Positions 35,346 to 48,365 of a DNA stretch of 64,000 nt are shown here, in pieces. A program made the position numbers and the translations under genes. How positions within the stretch are numbered: position 1 is the stretch's first letter; each line of letters opens with the position of its first letter. Below the pieces are notes generated by a model. The model worked only from the letters and a program-made list of their open reading frames with translations, had not been told where the DNA came from and searched no databases. The stretch comes from Macrostomum lignano (taxonomy: Eukaryota): NCBI GenBank assembly GCA_002269645.1, contig NIVC01000712.1, positions 452,250 to 516,249 on the forward strand. The letters run 5' to 3'.

Positions 35346-36545
35346 GGCGTCGCAAGGAAACGACAACAAGATACGCTGTCAGAGTCCTTTGACGGTAGCG
35401 GCACAAGTCGCAAAGGAAGGCCACGTCGCCGACCGAATCCGGGTCGCCAACGTCAGCCAGCAGGCTGAAGACAAGGCGCAAACCCGCCATATGTTTGACT
35501 GCCTGATTGTGCCAGCCGCTCTCACCTCATGTACGCAATGCGAACCCCAGAGCTATTTTTAGCAACACGTCTGTAGAGAGCCATCTGCATGTGCAAGTAC
35601 ACAGGAATTCTCTGGTCTGTGCTGAACGCTCCTTGATTTTTAAACGTTATTAACAAGGTTTTTTTCCTGTTATCTTCTGCTTGCATGGCAGAAAGACATT
35701 CAAACACACTAGCCTGTAAAGGCCCTGTAATGAGTGTGAGGCCCAAATCACAGAATTAGCAGTACATAATATTATTCAATGCAAGTGTATTTGATATAGT
35801 CAACAAGAACGCATGGCACAATGCAAAAAATGCATAGTTTGAGCGGGGTAGGGTTAGCGCTCACGCATTTTCTTTCTGTGCTGTTGTTAAGGCAACCATC
35901 AACCTCTGCCCCTTAAAGCATTTTGCTGCGAGTCTTCTGTCACGCGTTCGCAGGCTGCTGGCTTGGCCCGGAAACCTAAGCGCTTTTCCAGTGCTTACAG
36001 TTATTAAAAGAATAAACAAATCTGAAAATGATATTGCAAACAAGGTTTGAAACGAGGTACTTAGTTAATTTTCTCTTACTAATCTGATGATTAAATGATC
36101 AGGGCGTGGCTAGGGAGGGGGCCAAGGGGACCCGGCCCTCCAAAAAGGCTGTCAAAAATAATGGCTGATTTCCCGCTGACTTGGCGCCCCTTCAAAGCAG
36201 GTTTGGCGCCTCTGATCTCAACTCTAGCAGTTCTCCAACAACCACTTTGGCTACTTTGGCCTCGTCAGCAGCCCCTTGGCGCCACTTGGTGCTGGCGCGT
36301 CTCCATGGCGCTGGCACCTCTTGCTATGGCGCCACTTGCCAAGACGCAGCCCCCAATAAACACCTCTTATGATAAACTCCATACCAGGTGTGGTAATTCT
36401 AGGATTGAACGATAAAATATTGCTAATCGTACGTCGGATTTTGACTCCCACTGTGTAGAGAGACAGCTTCAAGACACTTGTACAAAGAATTGAAGCGTGA
36501 ACATGAACTAGCTCGTCCAGCAAGATTTAATACTCTCTTCTTCTC

Positions 36546-37085
36546 TCTTAATACTAAAGTTGGTGCGTTGTTTGTCTGTTTGTGTGATACATCTCTTTCT
36601 TAATACTAAAGTTGGTGCGTTGTTTGTCTGTTTGTGTGATACATCTTAATACTAAAGTTGGTGCGTTGTTTGTCTGTTTGTGTGATACATCTCTTTCTTA
36701 ATACTAAAGTTGGTGCGTTGTTTGTCTGTTTGTGTGATACATCTCTTTCTTAATACTAAAGTTGGTGCGTTGTTTGTCTGTTTGTGTGATACATCTTAAT
36801 ACTAAAGTTGGTGCGTTGTTTGTCTGTTTGTGTGATACATATCTCCTCCTAGATGACTTGCATCTTAATACTAAAGTTGGTGCGTTGTTTGTCTGTTTGT
36901 GTGATACATATCTCCTCCTAGATGACTTGCAAGTCAGCGTTGAAATCTTAATACTAAAGTTGGTGCGTTGTTTGTCTGTTTGTGTGATACATATCTTTCT
37001 TCTTAATACTAAAGTTGGTGCGTTGTTTGTCTGTTTGTGTGATACATCTTAATACTAAAAGTGGTGCGTTGTTTGTCTGTATGTA
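36546..37085 (+). repeat. Ten tandem truncated 5' ends of the Helitron-like unit (four more at 38283-38545)
   Basis: Repeats of TCTTAATACTAAAGTTGGTGCGTTGTTTGTCTGTTTGTGTGATACAT with variable 3' extension. Confidence 0.9.
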
Positions 37086-37997
37086 TGTCAGTTCGATAAC
37101 TCCTCCTAGAATACTTGCAACTCAGCGTTGAAACTTATATGGGAAAACTGCAAATTTTCCGAGGATGGCTTTAGGCTATTTTAATCTTTCATTTTTAAAT
37201 TTTAAGATCCCTAAAAAAGCAGAAAGCAGCAATTCTGACCTTTGATAATCTTATTTGTCCCCTCTTTCTGCTCGGAGCTGAAAATTGGCATAAATTTTGA
37301 GTGATTACGCCACAACTTTTTCCTATGTCGCCAGTGCGTTTTCTCTCCTGTGGGGGAATGGGCGCGTTCTCATTGGCGGCGTGTGTACAATCGGACCCTG
37401 GCTCACTGGCTGACTTTATAGACAATTGCGCAACTATTTGTGTTCTGTTTTTTAACAGGCAGCCCTGTGTATTTTTTGCACAGTGAAATTCAGTGCATTT
37501 TTACGCATAAACTTGCGAGCATCTTTAGCAGGCAGTGAACGTACACTCGATATTTCAATGCTTAAAATCAGAAAGTTTCAAACACTAACTGTTGCTCGAG
37601 TTTTGAACTTAGAGAGGAGAGACTTATATTGCTGGAAAGATCTTGCTGCGATGAGTTCGGGGATATAAGTTTTTTGCTTTAAATATGAAAATTAAATTCA
37701 CAGCATTCAAGAAAAGATTTTCATACTTTTAGCTTTCTGCAAAGATTTTGCTCATTTTGGAGTTCAATGGGGGTTCGACCGACCCCCCCCCAATAGTTAG
37801 TAGGGGGGGGTTCAATTTCTAGCTGCACTGCGTATTGGAAGGGGGTCGGTTGCTGTGTATTGGAGGGCTGATTTAGATTGCGCAATCTTTTTGTTAACTT
37901 TAACCGACGCTGATACTGACTGCCTGAGAAATAAGTTGCGCAATTTAATTGGTTCAATGTTTTTACGGCGCCTTTCAACACGCAGCTGTGTGTAGCT

Positions 37998-38021
37998 CTA
38001 ACCCTAACCCTAACCCTAACC
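37998..38021. repeat. Interstitial telomeric repeat (CTAACC)n; also ~39374-39401, 40809-40826, 42092-42103, 43260-43287, 44458-44481, 46928-46957
   Basis: 2-5 TAACCC units at the same position in each array unit. Confidence 0.9.
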
Positions 38022-41000
38022 AATGAATTCTGAGAGCTGGGCTGTTTGACGGAGAAATTTCGATTTAGTCCAGTTTCACGGAGAGGATTTCTATTTCGCG
38101 GAGAATATTTCGATGGTGTTCAGTTTCACGGAGAGGATTTCGATAGTGTTCAGTTTCACGGAGACGATTTCTGTTGCGCGGAGAGGTGTTGGAAAATGGG
38201 ATTCCGCTGATGGAGTTCAGGGAATGGAATTCCGCTGATTGGAGTTCTTCCCCTTTCTTCTCCGAAGGAGGAGTTGGCCTCGTCTTAATACTAAAGTTGG
38301 TGCGTTGTTTGTCTGTTTGTGTGATACATATCTCCTCCTAGATGACTTGCATCTTAATACTAAAGTTGGTGCGTTGTTTGTCTGTTTGTGTGATACATAT
38401 CTCCTCCTAGATGACTTGCAATCTTAATACTAAAGTTGGTGCGTTGTTTGTCTGTTTGTGTGATACATATCTTCTTAATACTAAAGTTGGTGCGTTGTTT
38501 GTCTGTTTGTGTGATACATATCTCCTCCTAGATGACTTGCAAGTCAGCGTTGAAACTTACATGGGAAAACTGCAAATTTTCCGAGGATGGCAGTGGGCTA
38601 TTTCAATTTTTTATTTTCACGTCTTAAGATCCCTAAAAAAGCAGAAGTAGTAAAACAATAGGGGAATTTGAACATCTTGCGTAATTTACAATTATTGCGC
38701 CACAACAGCCGGCCTATCTGTGCAGTGTATTCTTTCAACTGAAGGGGTGTAAGCTGGGCCGGTTGACATCAATTTTTAGCGATTGCGCCACAACTGTGTG
38801 CACTGAGAACTTAACCAAACCCCCCTGTGTTGAGGGTGCTGGGGCGGCAGTGGAATTCAATGAATAAACTTGCAAGCCTTTTTAGCAGGCAGTGCACGTA
38901 TGCGTACACTCGATAGTTCAATGCTTTAAATTGGGATATTTCAAACGCCAACTGTTCCTCGAGTTTTGAACTCTGAGAGAAGAGACTTATATTGCTGGAA
39001 AGATCTTTCAATGCTGACTTCGAGGATATAAGTTGTTTGCTTTAAATATGAAAGCAAAAAGCAAAGCAAAAGCAAAGACGATATTTCAATACTTTTAACT
39101 CTCTGCAAAGATTGTACTCATTTTACGGGTTCAATGGGGGTTCGACCGACACCCCAACAGTTAGGGGGGGGGGGGGTTGAATTTCTAACCTTCACTGCGT
39201 ATTGGAAGGGGTCGGTCGCTGTGTATTGGAGGGTTGATTTAGATTGCGCAATTTTTTTTCCTAATTTTACCGAGACTGATACTGAATGACTATGAAATTG
39301 GTTGCGCATTCAATTGATTCAATTGGTTCAATTTTTTTATCGGCGCCTTTCAACACGCTGCTGTGTGTAGCTCGAACCCTAACCCTAACCCTAACCCTAA
39401 CCATTGAATCCTGAGAGTTTATTCCCTTTGACGGACAAATTTCGATTGAGTCCAGTTTCACGGAGAGAATTTCAATGGTTTTCAGTTTCTTGGAGAGGAT
39501 TTCTGTCTTGCGGAGAGGATTTCGATGGTTTTCAGTTTCACGGAGAGGATTTCTGTTTCGTGGAGAGAATTTTGATGTATTTCTGTTTTACGGAGACAAT
39601 TTTGATGGATTTTAGTTTCACGCAGAGGATTTCCTTGGAGTTCAGTTTCCCGGAGAGGATTTCTGTTTCGCGGAGAGGATTTCGATGGTGTTCAGTTTTG
39701 CGGTGAGGAGTTGGATGATGGGATTCAGTTGGTGGATTTCAGGGAATGGAATTCCGGTGATGGGAGTTCTTCCCCTTTCTCCTCCAGCAGAGGAGTTGGC
39801 CTCCTAATACTAAAACTCTAGCGATGTTTGTTTTTTTGTCCGTATGTTGCAACTTTTCTCCTAGACTACTGGCAAGTCAGCGTTGAAACTTATATGGGAA
39901 AACTGCAAATTTTCCGGACTGGGTTTATAGCTATTTTAATCTCTCATTTTCTCATTTTGAGATCCCTAAAAAAGCAGAAAACTGATTTCCTAACCTTCTT
40001 TGGCCCTCCTGTGGCTACTCTGTCTCTCCAGTGGAGGGGTTGCAGTCTGTTTGTAAAAATAGCCACCCCAACCTCCGCCCGCGGGTCGCTGTGTATTTGG
40101 GGGGAGAGGGGAGTGGGTGCGCGTGTTTTAGCGTTCAATGCAAATAAAACCTCCGCGTGTTGGGGTGCAGTTAATTTAATCAGAATGGGGGGGGGGGTTG
40201 GGCTTGGGCTGAGTGTAAATAGCAATAGTTAGGACGGGTCGAGATTCAATTGGTTTTATTATCGGCGCCTTTCAAGACGCAGCCCTGTGTATTTGCTGGG
40301 CAGTGAAATTCAATGAAATAAACTTGCAAGCCTCTGTCTCAGCTCAATGCAGCAAGCAGTTAGGGAATCGGAAAATTTCAAATGCTAACTGTTCCTTAAG
40401 TTTTAAACTCTGAGAGGAGAGACTTACATTGCTGGAAATAATTTGCAACGCTGAGTTTGGGGATATAAGTTGTTTGCTTTATATATTAAAACTACAGCAG
40501 GGCATTTAAAAACGATTTCCATACTTTTAACTTTTTGAAAGAGTGTACTTATTTTTGTGATAGGTCGGATATAAAGTTGGGGGGGTTCAACTTTTACTTG
40601 CCGCTGTGTATTGGAGGGGGTCGGTCACTGTGTGTTGGATGGTTGATTTAAATTGCGCAATCATTTTGTTAACTTTAACTGAGAGTGATACTGACTGACT
40701 GAGAAATAAATAAAGCAGTCAATTAAATCAATTAGTTCAATTTTTACTTATCGGCGCATTCAACCCTTTAAATTTACCCTTTTAAAGGGTAGGCAGCTCT
40801 GTGCAGCTCTAACCCTAACCCTAACCACTGAATCCTGAGTGTTGAGTTCTTTTTGACGGAGAAAATTTTGATTCAGTTCAGTTTCACGGAGAGAATTTCG
40901 ATGGTTTTCAGTTTCACGGAGAGGATTTCTGTTTCGCGGAGAGGATTTTGATGAATGTCTGTTTTACGAAGAGGTTTTTGATGGTGTTCAGTTTCGCGGA

Positions 41001-44000
41001 GCTTATTTGGATAATGGGATTCAGCTGATGGATTTCAGGGAATGGAATTCCGGTGATGGGAGTTCTTCCCCTTTCTCCTCCATCGGAGGAGTTGTCCTCG
41101 TCTTAAATACTAAAGTTGGTGCGATGTTTGTCTGTCTGTATGTTGCAATTTTTCTCCTAGACTACTTGCAACTCAGCGTTGAAACTTATATGGGTAAACT
41201 GCAAATTTTCCGGGTTGGGTTTATAGCTATTTTAATCTTTCATTTTTATATTTTAAGATCCCTAAAAAAGCAGAAAAAATATAACAATAGGGAATATGAT
41301 CCACCTTGCGCAACTCTTAGTGATTGCGCCACAACAGCTGGCCTATCTGTGTAGTGTATTCTTTTAGCTGAAGGGGTGTAACTGGGCCAGTTGGCATCAA
41401 TTTTTAGTGATTACGCCACAACTTTCTCCTATCTCGGCAGTGTATTTTCTCTCCAATGGGGGAATGGGGGCATTCTCAGTGGCTGCGTGTGTACAATCGG
41501 ACCCTAGCTCACTGGCTGATTGTATAGACAATTGCGCAACGATATGTTTTCTGATTTTCAATAGGCAGCCCTGTGTATTTGTTGGACACTGTGTATTTGT
41601 TGGACAGTAAAATTCAATGAATAAACTTGCGAGCCTCCCACTGCTGCAGGCAGTGAACGTACACTCAATAGTTCAATTCCTTAAAACGGAAAATTTCAAA
41701 GCCAAACTGTTCCTTGAGTTTTAAACTTTAAGAGAAGAGACTTATATTGCTGGAAAGAGGTTGCAATGCTGAGTTAGGGGATATAAGTTGTTTGCTCTAA
41801 ATGTGAAAATTAAAAGCACAGCATTCAAAAAGTGATTTCCATACTTTTAACTTTTTGCAAAGATTGTACTCCATTTCGGGGGTTCAATGAGGGTTTGACA
41901 GACCCCCAACAGTGGGGGGGTTCAATTTCTAGCTGCACTGCGTATTCGAAGGGGTTCGGTCGCTGTGTATTGGAGGGTTGATTTAGATTGCGCAATTTTT
42001 TTGTTAACTTTAACCGAGGCTGATACTGACTGCCTGAGAAATAAGTTGCGCAATTTAATTGGTTCAATGTTTTTACGGCGCTGTGTGTAGCTCTAACCCC
42101 TAACCAAAACCAATGAATTCTGAGAGCTGGGTTCTGTTTGACGGAGAAATTTCGATTGAGTCCAGTTACACGGAGAGGATTTTTGTGGAGAGGATTTTGA
42201 TGGTGTTCAGTTTCACGGAGACAATTTCTGTTTCGCGGAGAGTTCAGGAAATGGGATTCCGGTGATGGGAGTTCTTCCCCTTTCTTCTCCAAAGGAGGAG
42301 TTGGCCTCGTTTAATACTAAAAGTGGTGCGATGTTTGTCTGTTTGTCTGTTTGTCTGTGTGTTGCAATTTTTCTCCTAGAATACTGGCAAGTCAGCGTCG
42401 AAACTTATATGGGGAAACTGCAAATTTTCCAGGTCGGGCTATAGGCTATTTTAATATTTTATTTTAGATTGTTAAGATCCCTAAAAAAGCAGAAAATTGC
42501 AATCTTGACCTTTGATAATCTTATTTGTCCTCTCTTTCTGCTCGGAGCTGAAAAAATGTATCAATTTTGAGTGATTGCGCCATAAATTTCTCCTATCTCG
42601 GCAGTGCATTTTCTCTCCAGTCGGAGGATGGGGCCGTTCTCAGTGGCGGCGTGTGTACACTTGGACCCTTGCGCACTGGCTGACTGTATAGACAATTGCG
42701 CAATGATATGTGTTCTGCCTTTTAATAGGCTGCCCTGTGTAATAGCTGGGCATGGGCAGTGAAATTCAATGAATAAACTTGCGAGCCACTTTAGCAGGCA
42801 GTGAACGTACACTCGATATTTGAATGCTTTTAATCAAGAATTTTCAAACACTTATATTGTGACTTATAAGAAGAGACTTATATTGCTGGAAAGATCTTGC
42901 AACGCTGAGTTCAAGGATATAAGTTGTTTGCTTTAAATGTGAAAAGAAAAAGCACAGCATTCAAAAAAACTTTTTCCGTACTTTTAACTTGCTGCAAAGA
43001 TTGTACTCATTTTGGCGAGAGGTGAGAGATAAAGTTGGGGGTTTCAACTTCTAACTAGCGCTGTGTATAGGAAGGGGGTCAGTCACTTTGTATTGGAGGG
43101 TTGATTTAGATTGCGCAAACTTTTTGTTAACTTAACTTTTTGTTAACTTTAACTGAGACTGATACTGACTGACTGAGAAATCGGTTGCGCAATCAATTGA
43201 TTCAATTGGTTCAATGTTTTATTATCGGTGCATTTTAACACGCAGCTCTGTGAAGCTCCAACCCTAACCCTAACCCTAACCCTAACCACAGAATCCTGAG
43301 AGTTGATTTGTTTGACGGAGAAACTTTCGATTGAGTCCAGTTTCACGGAGAGGATTTCTGTTTCGCGGAGAGGATTTCGATGGTGTTCAGTTTCACGGAG
43401 AGGATTTTGATGGATTTGGAGAACAGTTAGATGATATTCGGGTCTTGGGATTCAGCTGATGGAGTTCAGGGAATGGAATTCCGGTGATGGGAGTTCTTCC
43501 CCTTTCTCCTCCAGAGGAGGAGTTGGCCTCGTCGTTAATACTAAAACTGCTGCGTTGTTTGTGTGTATGTATGTTGTAAGTGAACTCCTACAATACTGCC
43601 AAGTCAGCGTCGAAACTTATATGGGAAAACTGCAAATTTTCCGGATCAGGCTTTAGGCTATTTTAATTTTTAATTTTCACATTTTAACATCCCTAAAAAA
43701 GCAGAAAACTGCTTTTTTTTAACTCCCAATAACCTTCTTTGGCCACTCTGACTGGGGCTGCAGCCAGTTTGTAAAAATAGCCACCCCAACCTCCGCCCGC
43801 GGGCCGCTGTGTATTGAGGGGTGGTGGGTGCGCGTGTTCTGGGTTCAATGCAAATAAAACCCCCCGCGTGTTGGGGGGTTGAGTTAAATTTAATGATTCC
43901 CCCAGAACGGGGGTTGGGCTTGGGCTGAGTGTACATAGCAGTTGTACAGTGTAAACAGATAGATAGGAATCAGGACTGTGTCGAGATTCAATTGGTTTTA

Positions 44001-44879
44001 TTATTGGCGCCTTTTTTTCTCCATAGGCATCCCTGTGTATTAGCTTAGCAGTGAAATTCAATGAATTGCGAGCTTCTCTAGCAAGCAGTCGGGAAATCGG
44101 TAAATTTCAAACGCTAACTGTTCCTCGAGTTTTAAACTTTGAGAGGAGACACTTATATTGCTGAAAAGATCTTGCAACGCAGAGTTCGAGGATATAAGTT
44201 GTTTGCTTTATATATGAAAACTAAAAGCTTTTCATTGGGAAAACTATTCCCATACTTTTAACTTTTTGCAAAAATTGTAATCAGTTTTGCGAGACGTAAT
44301 AGTAAAGTTGGGGGGAGGGTTCAACTTCTCACTGCTGCTGTGTATTGGAGGGTTGATTTACATTGACTGACTGACTGTGAAATCAGTTGCGCAATGAATT
44401 GATTCAATTAGTTCAATATTTTTATCAGTGCCTTTTAACACAAACCTGTACGTAGTTCTAACCCTAACCCTAACCCTAACCAATGAATCCGGAGAGTTGA
44501 GTTGTTTGACGGAAAAAATTCGATTGAGTCCAGTTTAGCGGAGACGATTTCAATGTTTTAATTTTGACAAAGAGGATTTCTGTTTCGTGGAGAGGATTTC
44601 GATGGTGTTCAGTTTTGTGGAGAGGATTTCGATGGTGTTCAGTTTCGTGGAAAGGATTTCGATGATGTTCAGTTTCACGGAGAGGATTTCGATAATGTTC
44701 AGCTTCACGGAGAGGATTTCTGTTTCGCGGAGATAATTTATGATTGATTTCTGTTTTATGGAGACAATTTTGATGGATTTAAGTTTCACGGAGAGGATTT
44801 CGATGGTTTTCAGTTGCACGGACAGGATTTTTCTGCTTCGCGGAGAGGATCTTGATGGATTTGGCATCTTCAATCAGTC

Positions 44880-45840
44880 AGAGAAGAGAGTAAAGAGAAG
44901 AGTGAAAAGATCAGAAGAGAGATGAGATGAGATGATAGAAAACAGAGTAGAAATGAGACGAGAGATTAGACATGACAGATGGGAGAGAAGAGGGGAGTAA
45001 GGGGGGAACGAAGGAGAGAGAAGAGAAGAGGAGAGAGGAGACGAGAGGGGAGATATGAGATAGCAGAGGGAGACAAGAGAGATGATAGGAGAGAGAATAG
45101 AGATGAGGGATAAGAGCGTACAGAGGTAATAGAAAAGAGGGGAGAGTAGAGGAGAAAGAAAGAGTGAGATGAGGGATGAGAGATGAGAGAGGAGGGGAGA
45201 GAGAAGAGAGGAGAAAAGAGGGGAGAAATGAGACAGGAGAGAGTAGAGACGAAAGACCAGGGAGAAGATATAAATAAGGTAGTATAGATGAGAGGAGAGA
45301 GAGGAGAGAGAGAAGCGAGAGGAGAAGAGAGAGAGGGGAGAGAGGAAAGAGATGAAAGATCAGAGATAAAAGAGTTAAGAGAAGGAAAGTAGTGAGGAGA
45401 GGAGAGATGAGAGGATGGAGAGGATAGAAAAGAGAGAAGAGAAGAGACAGGGGATAGTGGTAAGGAGGAAAGAAAGATGGGAGACAAGAAAGTAGAGTGT
45501 GAGAGCGTATATGAGATATGAAAAATGAGAAGCAGATAGGAGAGAAAAGAGAAGAGAGAGAGGGTTAAGAGAGACGATAGATAAGTAAGGAGAGATGACA
45601 TATGAGAGAGGAGAGAAGAGGGAGAGATAAGAGAGAAGAGAGGAGACAGGAGACAGAAGTGAAGAGGAGAGATATGAGAGAAGAGAGGAGACAAGAGACA
45701 GGAGAGGGTACAAACGAAAGACGAGGGAGAAGAGATAAATAAGGGAGTAGGGGTAGAGATGAGATGAGAGAGAGGAGAGAGAAGAGAGTCACGATAATAG
45801 CGAATAGAAGAGAGAGGAGATATGAGAGACGTGATAGTCT
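44880..45840. repeat. Purine-rich (GA) low-complexity tract in unit 6
   Basis: Nearly all A/G on the + strand; explains the Leu/Ser-rich ORFs. Confidence 0.95.
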
Positions 45841-47319
45841 TTGAGCTATGGTCTTTCAAAGATTTTGTAAAGAATTTGGAGACGATTTGGAAGATGGGAT
45901 TCAAGTGGAGTTTCAGCTGATGGATTTCAGGGAATGGAAATCCGGTGATGGGAGTTCTTCCCCTTTCTCCTCCAGAGGAGGAGTTCCACTCGTTAATACT
46001 AAAACTGACGCGATGTTTGTCTGTCTGTATGTATGTAGCAAGTGAACTCCTACAATTCTGCCAAGTCAGCGTCGAAACTTATATGGGAAAACTGCAAATT
46101 TTCCGGAGCAGGCTTTAGGCTATTTTAATTTTTAATTTTCACATTTTAACATCCCTAAAAAAGCAGAAAACTGCTTTTTTAACCCCCAATAACCTTCTTT
46201 GGCCACTCTGACTGGGGCTGCAGCCAGTTTGTAAAAATAGCCACCCCAACCTCCGCCCGCGGGCCGCTGTGTATTGAGGGGTGGTGGGTGCGCGTGTTCT
46301 GGGTTCAATGCAAATAAAACCCCCCGCGTGTTGGGGGTTGAGTTAAATTTAATGCTTCCCCCAGAACGGGGGTTGGGCTTGGGCTGAGTGTACATAGCAG
46401 TTGTACAGTGTAAACAGATAGACTGTGTCGAGATTCAATTGGTTTTATTATTGGCGCCTTTTTTCTATAGGCAGCCCTGTGTATTAGTTTGGCAGTGAAA
46501 TTCAATGAATTGCGAGCTTCTCTAGCAAGCAGTCGGGAAATCGGTAAATTTCAAACGCTAACTGTTCATCGAGTTTTAAACTTTGAGAGGAGAAACTTAT
46601 ATTGCTGGAAAGATCTTGCAACGCTGAGTTCGGGGATATAAGTTGTTTGCTTTAAATATGAAAAGAAAAAGCACAGCATTTAAAAAACTATTTGCATACT
46701 TTTAACTTTGCAAAAATTGTACTCAGTTTTGCGAGACGAATAGATAAAGTTGGGGGGAGGGTTCAACTTCTCACTGCTGCTGTGTATTGGAGGGTTGATT
46801 TAGATTGCGCAATGTTTTTGTTAACTTTAACTGAGACTGATACTGACTGACTGTGAATTCGGTTGCGCAGTGAATTGATTCAATTAGTTCAATATTTTTA
46901 TCAGTGCCTTTTAACACGAAGCTGTGCCCTAACCCTAACCCTAACCCTAACCCTAACCAATGAATCCGGAGAGTTGAGTTGTTTGACGGAAAAATTTTGA
47001 TTGAGTCCAGTTTCAATTTCAATGTTTTAATTTTGACGGAGAGGATTTCTGTTTCGTGGAGAGGATTTCGATGGTGTTCAGTTTCACGGAGAGGATTTCG
47101 ATGATGTTCAGCTTCACGGAGAGGATTTTTGTTTTGCGGAGATAATTTATGATTGATTTCTGCTTTATGGAGACGATTTTGATGGATTTAAGTTTCAAGG
47201 AAATGGTTTCGAAGGAGTCCAGTTTCACGGAGAGGATTTCGATGGTTTTCAGTTGCACGGACAGGATTTTTCTGCTTGGCGGAGAGGATCTTGATGGATT
47301 TGGCATCTTCAATCAGTCA

Positions 47320-48365
47320 GAGAAGAGAGTAAAGAGAAGAATGAAAAGATCAGAAGAGAGATGAGATGAGATGATAGAAAACAGAGTAGAAATGAGACGA
47401 GAGATTAGACATGACAGATGGGAGAGAAGAGGGGAGTAAGGCGGGAACGAAGGAGAGAGAAGAGAAGAGGAGAGAGGAGACGAGAGGGGAGATATGAGAT
47501 AGCAAAGGGATACAAGTGAGATAATAGGAGAGAGAATAGATGAGGGATAAGAGCGTACAGAGGAAATAGAAGAGAGGGGAGAGTAGAGGAGAAAGAAAGA
47601 GTGAGATGAGGGATGAGAGATGAGAGAGGAGGGGAGAGAGAAGAGAGGAGAAAAGAGGGGAGAAAGGAGACAGGAGAGAGTAGAGACGAAAGACCAGGGA
47701 GAAGATATAAATAAGGTAGTAGAGATGAGAGGAGAGAGAGGAGAGAGAAGCGAAAGGAGAAGAGAGAGAGGAGAGAGGAGAGAGATGAGAGAGTTAAGAG
47801 AGGAAAGTAGTGAGGAGAGAAGAGATGAGAGATGCGATGAGAAGAGATGCGTGAGAACATAAGAGAGAAGAGATTAGAGATTAGAGAAGAGAGGGGAGAA
47901 GATGAAAGGAGAAAGGAGAGGAGAAAACAGAGAAGAGAAGAGACAGCGGATAGTGGAAAGGAGGAAAGAAAGATGGGAGACAAGAAAGTAGAGTGTGAGA
48001 GCGTATATGAGATATGAGAAATGAGAGCAGAGAGTAGAGAGAGGGTAAAGAGAGACGATAGATAAGTGAGTAGAGATGACATATGAGAGAGGAGAGAAGA
48101 GAGAAGAGAGGAGACAGGAGACATAAGTGAAGAGGAGAGATATGAGAGAAGAGAGGAGACAAGAGACAGGAGAGGGTACAGACGAAAGACGAGGGAGAAG
48201 GGATACATAAGGGAGTAGAGATGAGAGGAGAGAGAGGAGAGACTAGATATAAGATAGCAAAAAAGAGAGAGCAGAGATGAGAGACTAGAGATGGAAAGCA
48301 GATTAGAGAGAAGAGATAAGAGACTACACTGTAGAGATGAGAGGGCAAAGAGGAGAGCAAAAAGG
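47320..48365. repeat. Purine-rich (GA) low-complexity tract in unit 7, homologous to 44880-45840
   Basis: Shared start and shared internal blocks. Confidence 0.95.

Noticed and set aside
36546-37085. CRISPR-like pattern of repeats with variable intervening sequence
   Set aside because: The intervening bits are extensions of the same element's 5' end, not unique spacers; eukaryotic context and no cas genes.
37998-46957. True chromosome end or telomere fusion
   Set aside because: Tracts are only 2-5 units, all in the same orientation, and embedded in repeat units.
44966-48360. Long Leu/Ser-rich minus-strand ORFs (up to 312 aa)
   Set aside because: Artefacts of the GA low-complexity tracts.
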